A stretch of 64,000 nucleotides of DNA, taken from the sequence record MK962753.1; one strand, 5' to 3'. Each line of letters starts with the position of its first letter. The first letter of the stretch is position 1. The notes beneath the pieces are model-generated. The model worked only from the letters and a program-made list of their open reading frames with translations, ran no database searches and was not told where the DNA came from. Below are positions 34,786-44,630 of the stretch, piece by piece. The stretch is from Shigella phage JK32. Position numbers and translations under genes: made by a program.

Positions 34786-35580
34786 ATGCTTAAAGAAATG
34801 CTGCTCGAAGAAGCAAAACAGATCACCGTCGATGTTGCTCTCGATGATCTGTTTGAATCCGTCGAACTGTCGCCGGAAGTAAAAGAAAACTTTGGTACTA
34901 TCTACGCTCAAGCGGTAAAAGCTAATGCAGTTGCACTGGCAGAAAGCCACATTGAAAAAATTGCCGCTAAAGCCGATGAACTGGTAGAATCAAAGGTAGA
35001 AGAAGCTCGCACCGAAATCGAAGCTAAACTCTACGAAGATGCAGATAAATTCCTGAATCATCTGGGCGCTAAATGGCTGGCTGAAAATAAAGAAGCTGTT
35101 ACCCGTAATATTAAAGCGGATCTGTGCGAATCCCTGATTGGTTCCCTGAAAGATGTTTTCGTTACTCACAATGTTGTAGTACCGGAAGAATCTGTAGACG
35201 TTGTTGCGGAACTGGACGAAGCACTGAAAGAAGAAAAAGAGAAAACCGCTGAACTCTTTGACGCTAAACTGACTCTGGAAAGCGAAATTCGCGGCATGAA
35301 GCGTGAGCAAGCTATTACTGAAAGCACTCGTGATCTGTCCGATACCCAGAAAGAAAAAGTTACCGCGCTGATCGAAGGTCTGGAATATAGCGAAACCTTT
35401 GATAAGAAATTGACTGCAATTGTTGAGATGGTTGCCAAGAAAGAAGAAAAACCAACTCACATTGAAGAATCACTAAATACTGATGCCGACAAGCTGAATG
35501 TTATTGTTGAAGCTGTCGAAGAATCAGAGAAAAAAGCAACTGTAGATACTGGCGTTTCTCGCTACCTGAATTATCTCTAA
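34786..35580 (+). CDS. 22: prohead core scaffold protein
   Basis: 264 aa, highly acidic alpha-helical (E/K-rich); synteny. Confidence 0.75.
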   Translation: MLKEMLLEEAKQITVDVALDDLFESVELSPEVKENFGTIYAQAVKANAVALAESHIEKIAAKADELVESKVEEARTEIEAKLYEDADKFLNHLGAKWLAENKEAVTRNIKADLCESLIGSLKDVFVTHNVVVPEESVDVVAELDEALKEEKEKTAELFDAKLTLESEIRGMKREQAITESTRDLSDTQKEKVTALIEGLEYSETFDKKLTAIVEMVAKKEEKPTHIEESLNTDADKLNVIVEAVEESEKKATVDTGVSRYLNYL

Positions 35581-35597
35581 TATAATTCGATCTACTT

Positions 35598-35605
35598 TAT
35601 AAATA
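35598..35605 (+). promoter_or_regulatory. T4-type late promoter TATAAATA
   Basis: Exact octamer about 32 nt upstream of gene 23. Confidence 0.6.
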
Positions 35606-35637
35606 CTTTAGGTTAACAACAAACAAGGTTTAAAAAC

Positions 35638-37224
35638 ATGAAAACTACCAAAGAACTGATGGAAAAATGGTCTCCGCTGCTGGAAAACGAAAAACTGCCG
35701 GAGATTGCAACCGCATCTAAACAGAAACTGGTTGCTAAAATTCTGGAATCTCAGGAAGCAGATTTTGCAGTAGATCCGATTTATAAAGATGAGAAAGTAG
35801 TAGAAGCGTTTGGTGGCTTTATCACCGAAGCAGAAGTTGCTGGCGACCACGGTTACGATGCTTCCAAAATTGCCGCAGGTCAGACTACTGGCGCAATCAC
35901 CAACGTAGGTCCGGCTGTTATCGGTATGGTTCGTCGTGCTATCCCTAACCTGATCGCATTTGACATTTGCGGCGTTCAGCCGATGAGCACCCCGACTAGC
36001 CAGATCTTTGCAATCCGTTCCGTATATGGTGGCGATCCGCTGAAAGAGGGTGCTAAAGAAGCATTCCATCCGATGTATTCCCCGGATGCGTTCCATAGCT
36101 CTCTAGCTGCTAAAGATGCAACCGCTGCTAACCCGGTAGGTACTGCATTCGCTAAACTGACTATGAATACTGCAATCAATGGAGGTGATATTGTTCATCA
36201 CACCTTTGCAGAAACTGGTATTGCATATCTGCAAAACGTAAGCAGTCAGGCTGTTACCCCGTCTAAACAGGGTCAGGAATCCGACGATGAAGCAGTAATG
36301 AAACTGATCGAAGAAGGCAAACTGGCTGAAATCGCACACGGTATGGCTACTTCCATCGCGGAACTGCAAGAAGGCTTTAACGGTTCCCAGAATAACCCGT
36401 GGAACGAAATGTCAATGCGTATTGACAAACAGGTTGTTGAAGCGAAATCTCGTCAACTGAAAGCCCGTTATTCTATCGAAGTTGCTCAGGATCTGCGTGC
36501 TGTACACGGTATGGACGCTGACGCCGAATTGAATGCTATCCTGGCTAACGAAGTTCTGCTGGAAATCAACCGTGAAATCGTTGACGTAATCAACTTTACC
36601 GCTCAGGTTGGTAAGACTGGCATGACTCAGACCGTTGGTTCTAAAGCTGGTGTATTCGATCTGCAAGATCCGATTGATACCCGTGGTGCTCGTTGGGCTG
36701 GTGAATCCTTCAAATCTCTGATCTACCAGATTGACAAAGAAGCTGCTGAAATCGCTCGTCAGACTGGTCGCGGTGCTGGTAACTTCATTATCGCTTCCCG
36801 TAACGTTGTAAACATTCTGGCTTCTGCTGATCAGGGTATTAGCGTAGCAATGCAGGGCGCTGCTCGTGGTCTGAATACCGACACCACTAAAGCTGTTTTC
36901 GCTGGTGTTCTGGCTGGTAAGTATAAAGTATTCATCGACCAGTATGCTCGTCAGGACTACTTCACCGTAGGTTACAAAGGCGACAACGAAATGGATGCTG
37001 GTATCTACTACGCACCGTATGTTGCTCTGACTCCGCTGCGTGCAACTGATCCGCAGTCTTTCCACCCGGTTCTGGGCTTCAAGACTCGTTACGGTATCGG
37101 TATTAACCCGTTTGCTGATAGCAAGTCTCAGTATCCGAGTGCTCGTATCACTTCCGGTATGTTGAGCAAAGAAAGCGTAGGTAAAAACGCTTACTTCCGC
37201 CGCGTATGGGTGAAAGGTTGCTAA
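35638..37224 (+). CDS. 23: major capsid protein
   Basis: 528 aa; long stretches near-identical to T4 gp23 (e.g. RRAIPNLIAFDICGVQPM, GMATSIAELQEGFNGS, GIYYAPYVALTPLR); T4-biased codon usage. Confidence 0.95.
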   Translation: MKTTKELMEKWSPLLENEKLPEIATASKQKLVAKILESQEADFAVDPIYKDEKVVEAFGGFITEAEVAGDHGYDASKIAAGQTTGAITNVGPAVIGMVRRAIPNLIAFDICGVQPMSTPTSQIFAIRSVYGGDPLKEGAKEAFHPMYSPDAFHSSLAAKDATAANPVGTAFAKLTMNTAINGGDIVHHTFAETGIAYLQNVSSQAVTPSKQGQESDDEAVMKLIEEGKLAEIAHGMATSIAELQEGFNGSQNNPWNEMSMRIDKQVVEAKSRQLKARYSIEVAQDLRAVHGMDADAELNAILANEVLLEINREIVDVINFTAQVGKTGMTQTVGSKAGVFDLQDPIDTRGARWAGESFKSLIYQIDKEAAEIARQTGRGAGNFIIASRNVVNILASADQGISVAMQGAARGLNTDTTKAVFAGVLAGKYKVFIDQYARQDYFTVGYKGDNEMDAGIYYAPYVALTPLRATDPQSFHPVLGFKTRYGIGINPFADSKSQYPSARITSGMLSKESVGKNAYFRRVWVKGC

Positions 37225-37305
37225 TCCACTTTAATTAATCCGGTCGGGTGCAATGCCCGACTTATATGTAAACTTGATAGTGTAGTTACTAAAAGTTTTC
37301 TTTAA

Positions 37306-37336
37306 GGGAGATCCGAAAGGGTCTCCCTTTTCTTTT
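37306..37336 (+). terminator. rho-independent terminator after gene 23
   Basis: GGGAGATCCGAAAGGGTCTCCC hairpin followed by TTTTCTTTTG. Confidence 0.6.
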
Positions 37337-37351
37337 GTCTAAAAAACACAT

Positions 37352-37359
37352 TATAAATA
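37352..37359 (+). promoter_or_regulatory. T4-type late promoter TATAAATA
   Basis: Exact octamer about 38 nt upstream of ORF 37397. Confidence 0.55.
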
Positions 37360-37396
37360 AGATTGCAAGCCTATATTCTAAGGGGAGCGAAAATAG

Positions 37397-37705
37397 ATGC
37401 ACACACTTATAAAGACCAAAACTCCCGCCGTGTCTGCACCAATTAGCTGCATTCATAGTACCCATATGACGGTACAAATGACAGTTGAAAGTGCTGTACA
37501 AGGGCAAAAAGTTGTCGCAGAGGCTGTTTTAGAAGGTTCTCTCGATGGCAAAGGTTGGTTCACTATTTCAGAATTGAAAGCTGATGGTAATGAATATGCA
37601 ACTGATGGTGGAGCGTTTGAAACATTATGGTCATTTATTCGGGCTAAGGTAAAATCATTATCCAATGGTTCTACCGTAAATGTGTATCTTGCGAAACGGG
37701 GGTAA
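37397..37705 (+). CDS. hypothetical small beta-rich protein (insert gene 1)
   Basis: 102 aa; AAGGGGAG RBS; downstream of the late promoter. Confidence 0.4.
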   Translation: MHTLIKTKTPAVSAPISCIHSTHMTVQMTVESAVQGQKVVAEAVLEGSLDGKGWFTISELKADGNEYATDGGAFETLWSFIRAKVKSLSNGSTVNVYLAKRG

Positions 37706-37708
37706 TGC

Positions 37709-39427
37709 ATGAAGCTAAATCCAGATGCGGTTATTAATGCTGGTTCTGTTGGCGGTGGTACTGGTTCCGGCGGTGGTGGTATTCAGGTCGGAACTAATGT
37801 ACCATGCGGAATTAAAAATACTCATCGTTTCGAAAATGAAGCTGAACGAGACGCATATTTTACCACTAAATTTGCGGAATTGGATCGCCTAAAAACAATT
37901 ATTGTTTGCGGTGGTAAACTTCAATTGTGGACAGGTGCGACTGCCGCATCACCTTATGATAATACCAAATGGGTCGATATGACCTGGGTAATTCAAGGAG
38001 AACAGGGTACTACTGGTGAAAAAGGCGAGAATGGACGAGGTATTGCCAGAATTGAAGCGCAAATCTCTGATGATGATCGCGAATGGAAACTAGAAATTAC
38101 CTACTCAGATTCTACCACAGAAACATTAACTTTCCCTGTACCTGATGTGTTAGCTAATGTTGCGCAACGTCTTACTGCATTAGAGGTAAGATGGACAGCA
38201 ACTGGTCAGCCAGTTAATAACCTTGATGCGACTGTAGATCAGGGTCGTTATCCGGTTGGAGATAACACATACGGTAAGCCACCAATGATGGCAAATAAGG
38301 GGTCTGCTGATGTATATGTCATTGAGGGTAGCATTATTCAAGTGGTTCGTTCTATTGACGGTGGCGTGTACTCTCGTATCCGACACAACGGTCATTGGAG
38401 CGAGTGGGTCTCGCAAAGTGGCGGTGGAAATGGTAGCGGTGGAGGCTTGACGGGTGATCAAGAAGCTATGTTAACTAGCTTAGTTAATCGTCTACCGGAA
38501 ATTTCACCAAATACACGCGATCTTAACACTCTACAGAAGCAAGGTCGTTTCTGTTATGATGAACGTACTACAAACCGCCCTAATGGTACTCAGGTACACG
38601 GGTCGGTAGATGTTCATGCTTGCAAAGATCATGTATTACAAATCGCAACCAGTCTCGATGGTGTCATGTCACATCGCGCACTGGACAAAGCAAACGGTAC
38701 ATGGTCTGAATGGTTGCAGATAAGCGATCATACTGGTGGGGCTACGATTTACGCGTTTCCTAGAGTTTCTAGTGTATTCACCACTTCGCAAAACTTGATT
38801 GAAGTCACAAAACCGGGCGCTGGATTCTTTTATATTCCGTGGAAATATGTTATTCATGATAACTATGGATGCACTCCACAGATCCAACACCCAGACCGTC
38901 AACAAGATGCGGATCATTGGTGGGTATGCCCGAAATCCGGTAGCTATGACATGGAATTATTGCTTGATATGAGTTTTATCAAGACACAAGCAACTATTCC
39001 GGTTCTTGCTGCTGTAACGGCATGGCACAGGAAAGCAGACGGAAGCGAGACAGAAGCCGCACGTTATCAAATCCCGTTTGATGTTACCCAGAAAAACCAG
39101 AAAACAAGATCCGCTAAACTCCGCATTAATAATTTGCCATCCGGCGAGATGATCCGCTGGCAGGTAAAACTCAGTGGTTATAGCTGGAGCGAAACTGATA
39201 ACCCAGACGTAGCATTTGCACCCTTCCGCACTATGCTGATGGTCGATGAAGCAGAATACGACACAGCAAAACGAATTGGTGCTCTTGCGTTCAATACATG
39301 GGCTAACTTCCATGCGAAAAAAGGTTTTGCTGCCGCTGTAAGTGAGGACGAAAATCAGAAAGCACGTCTTAACGCCGTTAAATGGGGTGCTGTCATTGAA
39401 TCCGTCCAAGCTCAGTCACAACCATAA
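37709..39427 (+). CDS. putative fiber-like protein with Gly-rich linkers and a short collagen-like motif
   Basis: 572 aa; GGGTGSGGGGI and GGGNGSGGGL linkers; five G-X-Y triplets (GEQGTTGEKGENGRG). Confidence 0.4.
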   Translation: MKLNPDAVINAGSVGGGTGSGGGGIQVGTNVPCGIKNTHRFENEAERDAYFTTKFAELDRLKTIIVCGGKLQLWTGATAASPYDNTKWVDMTWVIQGEQGTTGEKGENGRGIARIEAQISDDDREWKLEITYSDSTTETLTFPVPDVLANVAQRLTALEVRWTATGQPVNNLDATVDQGRYPVGDNTYGKPPMMANKGSADVYVIEGSIIQVVRSIDGGVYSRIRHNGHWSEWVSQSGGGNGSGGGLTGDQEAMLTSLVNRLPEISPNTRDLNTLQKQGRFCYDERTTNRPNGTQVHGSVDVHACKDHVLQIATSLDGVMSHRALDKANGTWSEWLQISDHTGGATIYAFPRVSSVFTTSQNLIEVTKPGAGFFYIPWKYVIHDNYGCTPQIQHPDRQQDADHWWVCPKSGSYDMELLLDMSFIKTQATIPVLAAVTAWHRKADGSETEAARYQIPFDVTQKNQKTRSAKLRINNLPSGEMIRWQVKLSGYSWSETDNPDVAFAPFRTMLMVDEAEYDTAKRIGALAFNTWANFHAKKGFAAAVSEDENQKARLNAVKWGAVIESVQAQSQP

Positions 39428-39439
39428 TGGGGGTGTATA

Positions 39440-40363
39440 GTGGAACATACAGGAAAAAGGTTGCTAGATCTTAGAAATGGTTTTAATCAGGGTGAAATCA
39501 CAGAAATCACTGGTATGCCAGCTAGTGCTCTCATGGAGGCAGACGTAGGCCGCATATCTAATCAAATCAACACCGAACTAATTGATCCGGTGATTGATTT
39601 TATTATTGCTTGCGATGAAGTTATCGCAAATGCAGCCGAGGATGCTTTAAACAAAGCCGAGAGCGCCGAGAGTATGGCAGAAGTCGCAGACCGAACGGCA
39701 GGTCAATCTATGAGCAAGGCAACCGATGCTCTAGACAAAGCGACGACCGCAGAATCGGAAGCAGGGCGAGCGCATGATCGCTTAGACAAGTTGAACATTC
39801 CACAAATCCCGAACTTAGACGGGCACACATGGAATTGGCTACCACGTTCTTTCGATAGCGTGTCTATTCAGTTGGGAAGCGGTATCACATTAGTTGATCC
39901 AGTGAACGGCAAGCCTCACATTACATGGACACCAATTAGACAGAACTACGAGACAGGAAGATATTACATCGAGGGTCGTTTTGAAGCCAGATTTAAAGTA
40001 ATGTTAATGGACTGGATTCAACAATCATCCGGTGGTCATATTTTCTATCTAGGTGGTGGTCAAAGTCTGGCATCATTTAACGGACGCGTGTCACTGGTGA
40101 ATATCTCGAATGATATAATGAAGCCGACTAATATACAAGTCAACGCATACACTGCCAAAGATACTCAGGTTATTTTCGGTGCGTGTGCTGATGCGGCAAT
40201 TTCAACATCAAGGGAAGTTAAACTAGCTTTCATGGTTGATACTGGAACAGATAAATTTGACCGATATAATGATCCTGTATATGTTGATTTGGTAATGACA
40301 TTCCAACGCGACGGGGAAGGAAATTTCGGATTCGGAAATCTTTTCCCAAGCCTAAATCCTTGA
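39440..40363 (+). CDS. putative fiber/decoration protein (N-terminal domain shared with the 614-aa ORF)
   Basis: 307 aa; N-terminal 90 aa alignable with ORF 40421 (LIDPVIDFIIACDEV vs LITPVIDFINECDNI). Confidence 0.4.
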   Translation: MEHTGKRLLDLRNGFNQGEITEITGMPASALMEADVGRISNQINTELIDPVIDFIIACDEVIANAAEDALNKAESAESMAEVADRTAGQSMSKATDALDKATTAESEAGRAHDRLDKLNIPQIPNLDGHTWNWLPRSFDSVSIQLGSGITLVDPVNGKPHITWTPIRQNYETGRYYIEGRFEARFKVMLMDWIQQSSGGHIFYLGGGQSLASFNGRVSLVNISNDIMKPTNIQVNAYTAKDTQVIFGACADAAISTSREVKLAFMVDTGTDKFDRYNDPVYVDLVMTFQRDGEGNFGFGNLFPSLNP

Positions 40364-40368
40364 TCCTA

Positions 40369-40400
40369 TTGTCGGGGAGAAATCCCCGACAACGTTTTCT
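40369..40400 (+). terminator. rho-independent terminator / attenuator
   Basis: TTGTCGGGGAGAAATCCCCGACAA hairpin followed by CGTTTTCT. Confidence 0.5.
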
Positions 40401-40420
40401 AATATCAACGAGGATATGAT

Positions 40421-42265
40421 ATGTTAAGAAACCGTGCAATCAAGTCAACCCCTAATTTCATTCAAGGGGATATGGGAAATATTACCTCAAGAGATAATCA
40501 TGCATTAATGGAGCATGATATTCCAACAATCTCTGACACAATTAACAGGGATCTAATTACACCAGTAATTGATTTTATCAACGAATGCGATAATATTCTA
40601 CTCGATGGAATCGGGACGGTCGCAGATACTGTTGATATTATCGAACGGAAAGCTGATAATGCAACCGAAATTTCTAATTACGCCAGTGAAAAAGCTATCG
40701 AGGCATTGGCAAAATCAAAAGAAAGTTTGACGAAAGCGGAAGAAGCAAACACGGTAGCAAATAGTGTTGCTGGTGATGCGCAAACAGCATTAACTAAAGC
40801 TAATGAGGCTAAAACGCTAGCAGAAAGTCTTAAAACAAAAGTTGATGGTTATGACACCAGAATCACAGAAATTGATTCTAAGGCAACTACAGCTCAATCT
40901 GACGCGTCTTTAGCAAAAGATAAAGCTGATGCACTGGAAACAACGGTCAATAGCGAGAAAACTAAACTGACAGCATTGACTACTAAGGTCGATACTCTAG
41001 AAGGTGATATTATCGATGCTGTGGATCTGGCTGAACAAGCAAAGAATAAAGCCGATTCAGTAGAAACACAAGCCATTAATAACACCACAGAGATTACCGC
41101 TTTAAAAGGCCGTGTATCAACTGTAGAGACACAATCAGCAGAAGCCAATAGACTGGCTACCCAAGCCGATAAAAATGCGTCTACGGCGCTCTCAGACGTT
41201 TCTACGTTATCTTCAAAGGTTGATGATGTTAAGGCTACAGCCGACGCAGCAAGCGCAAGCGTGGCGGGATTAACTCAGGATATCGGAGAAGTGCGGACAC
41301 TGGCAGAAACAGCCACGACAAACATCACAACTCTTTCCGGTAAAGTTGATACCATAAAGACAACCGCAGATACAAACAAGACCAATATTGAAGCATTAAC
41401 CACTCAGGTTAATGAACACACAACTAAGATCGGAGAGTTGGAAACTGGTGTATCTAACGTTAATGGTGAACTTACCACGGTTCAGGAAACCGCAGCTAAT
41501 GCACTTCAAAAGGCCACCAGCGCAGAAACAAAGGCAGGTAATGTAGAGACACTAATTAATAGTCTTACACCGCGTGTGGACGCGTTAGAAGGCGATTTAG
41601 GTACATTAGAGAGCACTGTTGCTGATTTATCTCCTAAAGTGACAGCAGCAACCGAAAAAGCGACTATGGCATTCAACAAAGCAACTGCCTTAGAGCAAAA
41701 AACGGAATCGATGGAAACAGAAATCGAAGATGTTCGCCTCGATGCTGGGACCGCGATGGCAGAAGCGACACAAGCTAATAGTGAGATCGCCACGTTAAAA
41801 ACTAAAGTCGGTGAACTGGAAAGCGATGTTGACACAGCCGATACAATCGCAAATGAAGCATTAGCAGTTGCACAAAGGGCGGATACTAATGCAAATACAG
41901 CCAATACAAATCTTGCAACGATAACACCAATCGTGGAAAGATTGAATGGTGCATTTGTCGGTATGATTCGAATCAGATACAAGGAAACTCGAACTATAAC
42001 GAAAGCTGGCGGCAACACTCGTCGTAAGTTGATAATCCCACAAGTTCGAAAAGGTGATATGGCATTTGCGGCATTTTTAAACGTACCAGATAAACGAGAT
42101 AGTATTCTGTTTAACTGTATGATTCCTGTCGACGGCGAAGTTCACATGGCAATAAAAAATCTGCATACCGCTGCATTAGATTTTAACGATTGGGTTCAAA
42201 TATTGGTATTCCAGACAAGTACGGGTAATCCTATTGTTGACCCAGAAACAAGCCTAACAAACTAA
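40421..42265 (+). CDS. putative coiled-coil fiber protein with tandem repeats and distinct C-terminal domain
   Basis: 614 aa; about 400 aa of repetitive Ala/Thr/Glu-rich heptad sequence; N-terminus paralogous to ORF 39440. Confidence 0.45.
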   Translation: MLRNRAIKSTPNFIQGDMGNITSRDNHALMEHDIPTISDTINRDLITPVIDFINECDNILLDGIGTVADTVDIIERKADNATEISNYASEKAIEALAKSKESLTKAEEANTVANSVAGDAQTALTKANEAKTLAESLKTKVDGYDTRITEIDSKATTAQSDASLAKDKADALETTVNSEKTKLTALTTKVDTLEGDIIDAVDLAEQAKNKADSVETQAINNTTEITALKGRVSTVETQSAEANRLATQADKNASTALSDVSTLSSKVDDVKATADAASASVAGLTQDIGEVRTLAETATTNITTLSGKVDTIKTTADTNKTNIEALTTQVNEHTTKIGELETGVSNVNGELTTVQETAANALQKATSAETKAGNVETLINSLTPRVDALEGDLGTLESTVADLSPKVTAATEKATMAFNKATALEQKTESMETEIEDVRLDAGTAMAEATQANSEIATLKTKVGELESDVDTADTIANEALAVAQRADTNANTANTNLATITPIVERLNGAFVGMIRIRYKETRTITKAGGNTRRKLIIPQVRKGDMAFAAFLNVPDKRDSILFNCMIPVDGEVHMAIKNLHTAALDFNDWVQILVFQTSTGNPIVDPETSLTN

Positions 42266-42294
42266 TTAATTTCATCAACTATAGGGGAATTAAC

Positions 42295-42447
42295 ATGAGC
42301 AAGAAAAAAGATAGCTATGTTCAAATTACCAAGAAACAGTATGATGAATTAATGTTAGCGGTGGCCTATGCCATAATGCGATCTGATTTGGCGATCCAGC
42401 AAATCGAAAAGACAAATAAAAGTCTTGAGAATGTAGCAGCAAATTAA
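42295..42447 (+). CDS. hypothetical small protein (50 aa, below the ORF-track cutoff)
   Basis: Read by eye: AGGGGA RBS, ATG at 42295, MSKKKDSYVQITKKQYDELMLAVAYAIM..., stop at 42445; followed by terminator. Confidence 0.3.
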   Translation: MSKKKDSYVQITKKQYDELMLAVAYAIMRSDLAIQQIEKTNKSLENVAAN

Positions 42448-42453
42448 TTTTTT

Positions 42454-42485
42454 GGGGAATCCTTAACTGGATTCCCCTTTCTTTT
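42454..42485 (+). terminator. rho-independent terminator
   Basis: GGGGAATCCTTAACTGGATTCCCC hairpin followed by TTTCTTTT. Confidence 0.6.
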
Positions 42486-42492
42486 ATAAATA
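42485..42492 (+). promoter_or_regulatory. T4-type late promoter TATAAATA
   Basis: Exact octamer about 38 nt upstream of gene 24. Confidence 0.55.
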
Positions 42493-42530
42493 CAACCATA
42501 TCCATCAATAAAAATACAGGATTCATAAAC

Positions 42531-43772
42531 ATGGCACAGATTTTCAATGAACTGTTAAAGGAATCGACTTCCTCAGTAGCAAACCAGACAGCAAGACCAC
42601 AATTATTGGCACTTACCCGCGCGGTTAACAACCTGATTTTCTCCGATCTGGTGGCAATTCAGCCAACAAATCAGCCTATTTGTGCATTATTCGGACTTCG
42701 TTATGTTAACCGTGATGGTCAAATGACTTATCGTACCGCAGGAACGTATGGTGGTGCGGCTGGTAATCGTGATGTTTTTGAAGATTTTCAGAAAGATAAA
42801 GAATATCAGGTCGGTGATCATTTCAAATTTGATAATGTTGTATATGAAGTGATTACAGAAGGTGCAGTAGGACAGGATATTTCTACCGAAGAAGAAGCGA
42901 TCTTTAAGGGAGTAGTGTCAAATAAAATTCGTTTCTTTAGTGATTATGCACCGACTGAATATTTCGAAGATGCAAACACTGAAATTTCTACTACCGATTT
43001 TGATTTTGAAAAATGGCAAGTTAATGTCGGATCTCGTAAACTGAAAACAGAATTTACTACCGAATTGATGCAAGACCTGGAAGCAAACCAGATGAACTCT
43101 GAAAATACCGTTTTGGATCTTCTTGCTACCGTTGCATCCGAAGAAATCAATAAAGATATTATCCAGAAACTGATTACGGTATCAACTCGTTATAAAGTTA
43201 AGAGCATTACACCTGATGGCGTTCTTTCACTGGTTAACGTTCAGGACGCACCAGCACAAGCGCGTGAACTTTATCGCTATGCATGTGAAATGAGTAATCA
43301 AATGCTTCGCACTTCGTCTTTCGGTGGTACTTATGTTCTTGCATCTTCTCGTGTTGTTGGCCTCCTGCAAGCTAGTGGCTGGATGGAAGAAACTGACAAT
43401 GCACTAAGTGAAGGTCGTTTACGTTGTGGTTTAGAAGTTTATGCGGACACTGTAACCCCGTTTGATTATATGATCGTTGGTTGTAAGCATATGGTTGGTG
43501 ATATGGAGAGCGTAGGTTCTCTGTTCTACTCCCCATATACAGAATCAGACGGAGCGGGTGCATATAAGAGCATCATCGATCCTAATAGCTTCAACCATAA
43601 AGTAGCGATTATGAATAGATATGCTCTTTCTGTCAACCCATACACAACCAAAGCTGATCAAGAAAACAACCAAGTAATCAAGGGTGACGAGTGGGGCAAA
43701 CTTGCCGGACGTTCAGAAATGTCCTACATGCTGGGTATAGAACTGCCACCGCTTGAGATTGACAACGCTTAA
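42531..43772 (+). CDS. 24: head vertex protein
   Basis: 413 aa; N-terminus MAQIFNELLKESTSS...LLALTRAV closely resembles T4 gp24; paralog of gp23. Confidence 0.9.
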   Translation: MAQIFNELLKESTSSVANQTARPQLLALTRAVNNLIFSDLVAIQPTNQPICALFGLRYVNRDGQMTYRTAGTYGGAAGNRDVFEDFQKDKEYQVGDHFKFDNVVYEVITEGAVGQDISTEEEAIFKGVVSNKIRFFSDYAPTEYFEDANTEISTTDFDFEKWQVNVGSRKLKTEFTTELMQDLEANQMNSENTVLDLLATVASEEINKDIIQKLITVSTRYKVKSITPDGVLSLVNVQDAPAQARELYRYACEMSNQMLRTSSFGGTYVLASSRVVGLLQASGWMEETDNALSEGRLRCGLEVYADTVTPFDYMIVGCKHMVGDMESVGSLFYSPYTESDGAGAYKSIIDPNSFNHKVAIMNRYALSVNPYTTKADQENNQVIKGDEWGKLAGRSEMSYMLGIELPPLEIDNA

Positions 43773-44360
43773 CTAAATATCTAACCAAGACAAATCAGAT
43801 CCGCCCAAGATTTTTTCAACGGCGGATCTATTTTCTTGATGATACAAGTTAAAGCATGGTATCCCATGTCTACGAGCAACATAAACAGCAATTCGAGTCC
43901 CGCCAGAAACAATCCCATTAACTTCTTTCGCCCAAAATAACACACAATCTACAGGATCATCAAGTGTCTCACCTAAGACTTGAGCAACATTTCTAGAAAA
44001 CAGATTTTGCATGTATAACGGTATAGAACGAGGATTATCATAAACGTGTTCTAATTCATCCATCGCCAGATTTTTTTGTTCTAAGGTTTGCCATGCAATC
44101 ACATCATGACCGTTATGCTTGTGGTCATAAAACTTCCAATTTGGAATGAAAATTTTTCTATAATCTGGATCGTAATACTTCATGAAAGCATTGTCCATAC
44201 CGTAAGCCCCTCCAGAATGCGCTACAACGCGATTTTCTGACAATACCCTCCCAATGGTACTAGCCATTATCAAAATGTCGCTAGGCGCTTTTCTAGAGCC
44301 GATTAAAGCACATCTACGAAGCGGTTTTACTCCAACTAGATCTTGTAACTGGTCAAACAT
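43773..44360 (-). CDS. DprA/Smf-like (SLOG-type Rossmann) protein
   Basis: 195 aa; motifs ALIGSRKAP and HSGGAYGMDNA resemble the DprA Rossmann-domain GSR and SGxAxGxD motifs. Confidence 0.45.
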   Translation of the reverse strand: MFDQLQDLVGVKPLRRCALIGSRKAPSDILIMASTIGRVLSENRVVAHSGGAYGMDNAFMKYYDPDYRKIFIPNWKFYDHKHNGHDVIAWQTLEQKNLAMDELEHVYDNPRSIPLYMQNLFSRNVAQVLGETLDDPVDCVLFWAKEVNGIVSGGTRIAVYVARRHGIPCFNLYHQENRSAVEKILGGSDLSWLDI

Positions 44361-44383
44361 AATATTTCCTCCATAGAAAGCAA

Positions 44384-44412
44384 TATCATACTACAAGTTA
44401 ATAACAAATACA
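44384..44412 (-). promoter_or_regulatory. sigma70-like promoter candidate (TTGTAT-17-TATGAT)
   Basis: Minus strand, about 25 nt upstream of the DprA-like gene RBS. Confidence 0.4.
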
Positions 44413-44480
44413 AGTATCCGCGTAGCGGAAGCGAGCACAGCGAGCAATAAAACACTTCCAGTAATTGATTAATAAATGTT

Positions 44481-44540
44481 CGAAACAAATTTTTATTATT
44501 CTATAAGATAAGTCTTCGTTTTGATCATAATTTAATCATA
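44481..44540. repeat. intergenic repeat copy B
   Basis: Shares AAACAAATTTTTATTATTCTA with 3890..3910 and TCTTCGTTTTGATCATAATTTAATCA with 44663..44688. Confidence 0.6.
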
Positions 44541-44609
44541 CATGTAAAAACTACACAAAAGGATATCGCTTCGCGAACTCCTACGGAGTATAACATTTGT
44601 GTTACAATA

Positions 44610-44628
44610 TGTATTGATTAATAATTAA
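44610..44628. promoter_or_regulatory. perfect 19-bp palindrome TTGATTAAT-A-ATTAATCAA (possible dimeric protein-binding site)
   Basis: Exact inverted repeat; a further half-site TTGATTAAT at 44464..44472. Confidence 0.4.
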
Positions 44629-44630
44629 TC

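Noticed and set aside
35166-36369. Antisense or alternate-frame ORFs within genes 22 and 23 (e.g. 34990..35460, 35166..35438, 35608..36096, 36412..37065)
   Set aside because: They overlap the highly conserved scaffold and major capsid genes and have low-complexity translations; judged to be frame artefacts.
40894-42018. Antisense ORFs inside the 614-aa coiled-coil gene
   Set aside because: Ala/Ser/Val-rich translations are the expected antisense product of a repetitive GC-biased coding repeat; no RBS.
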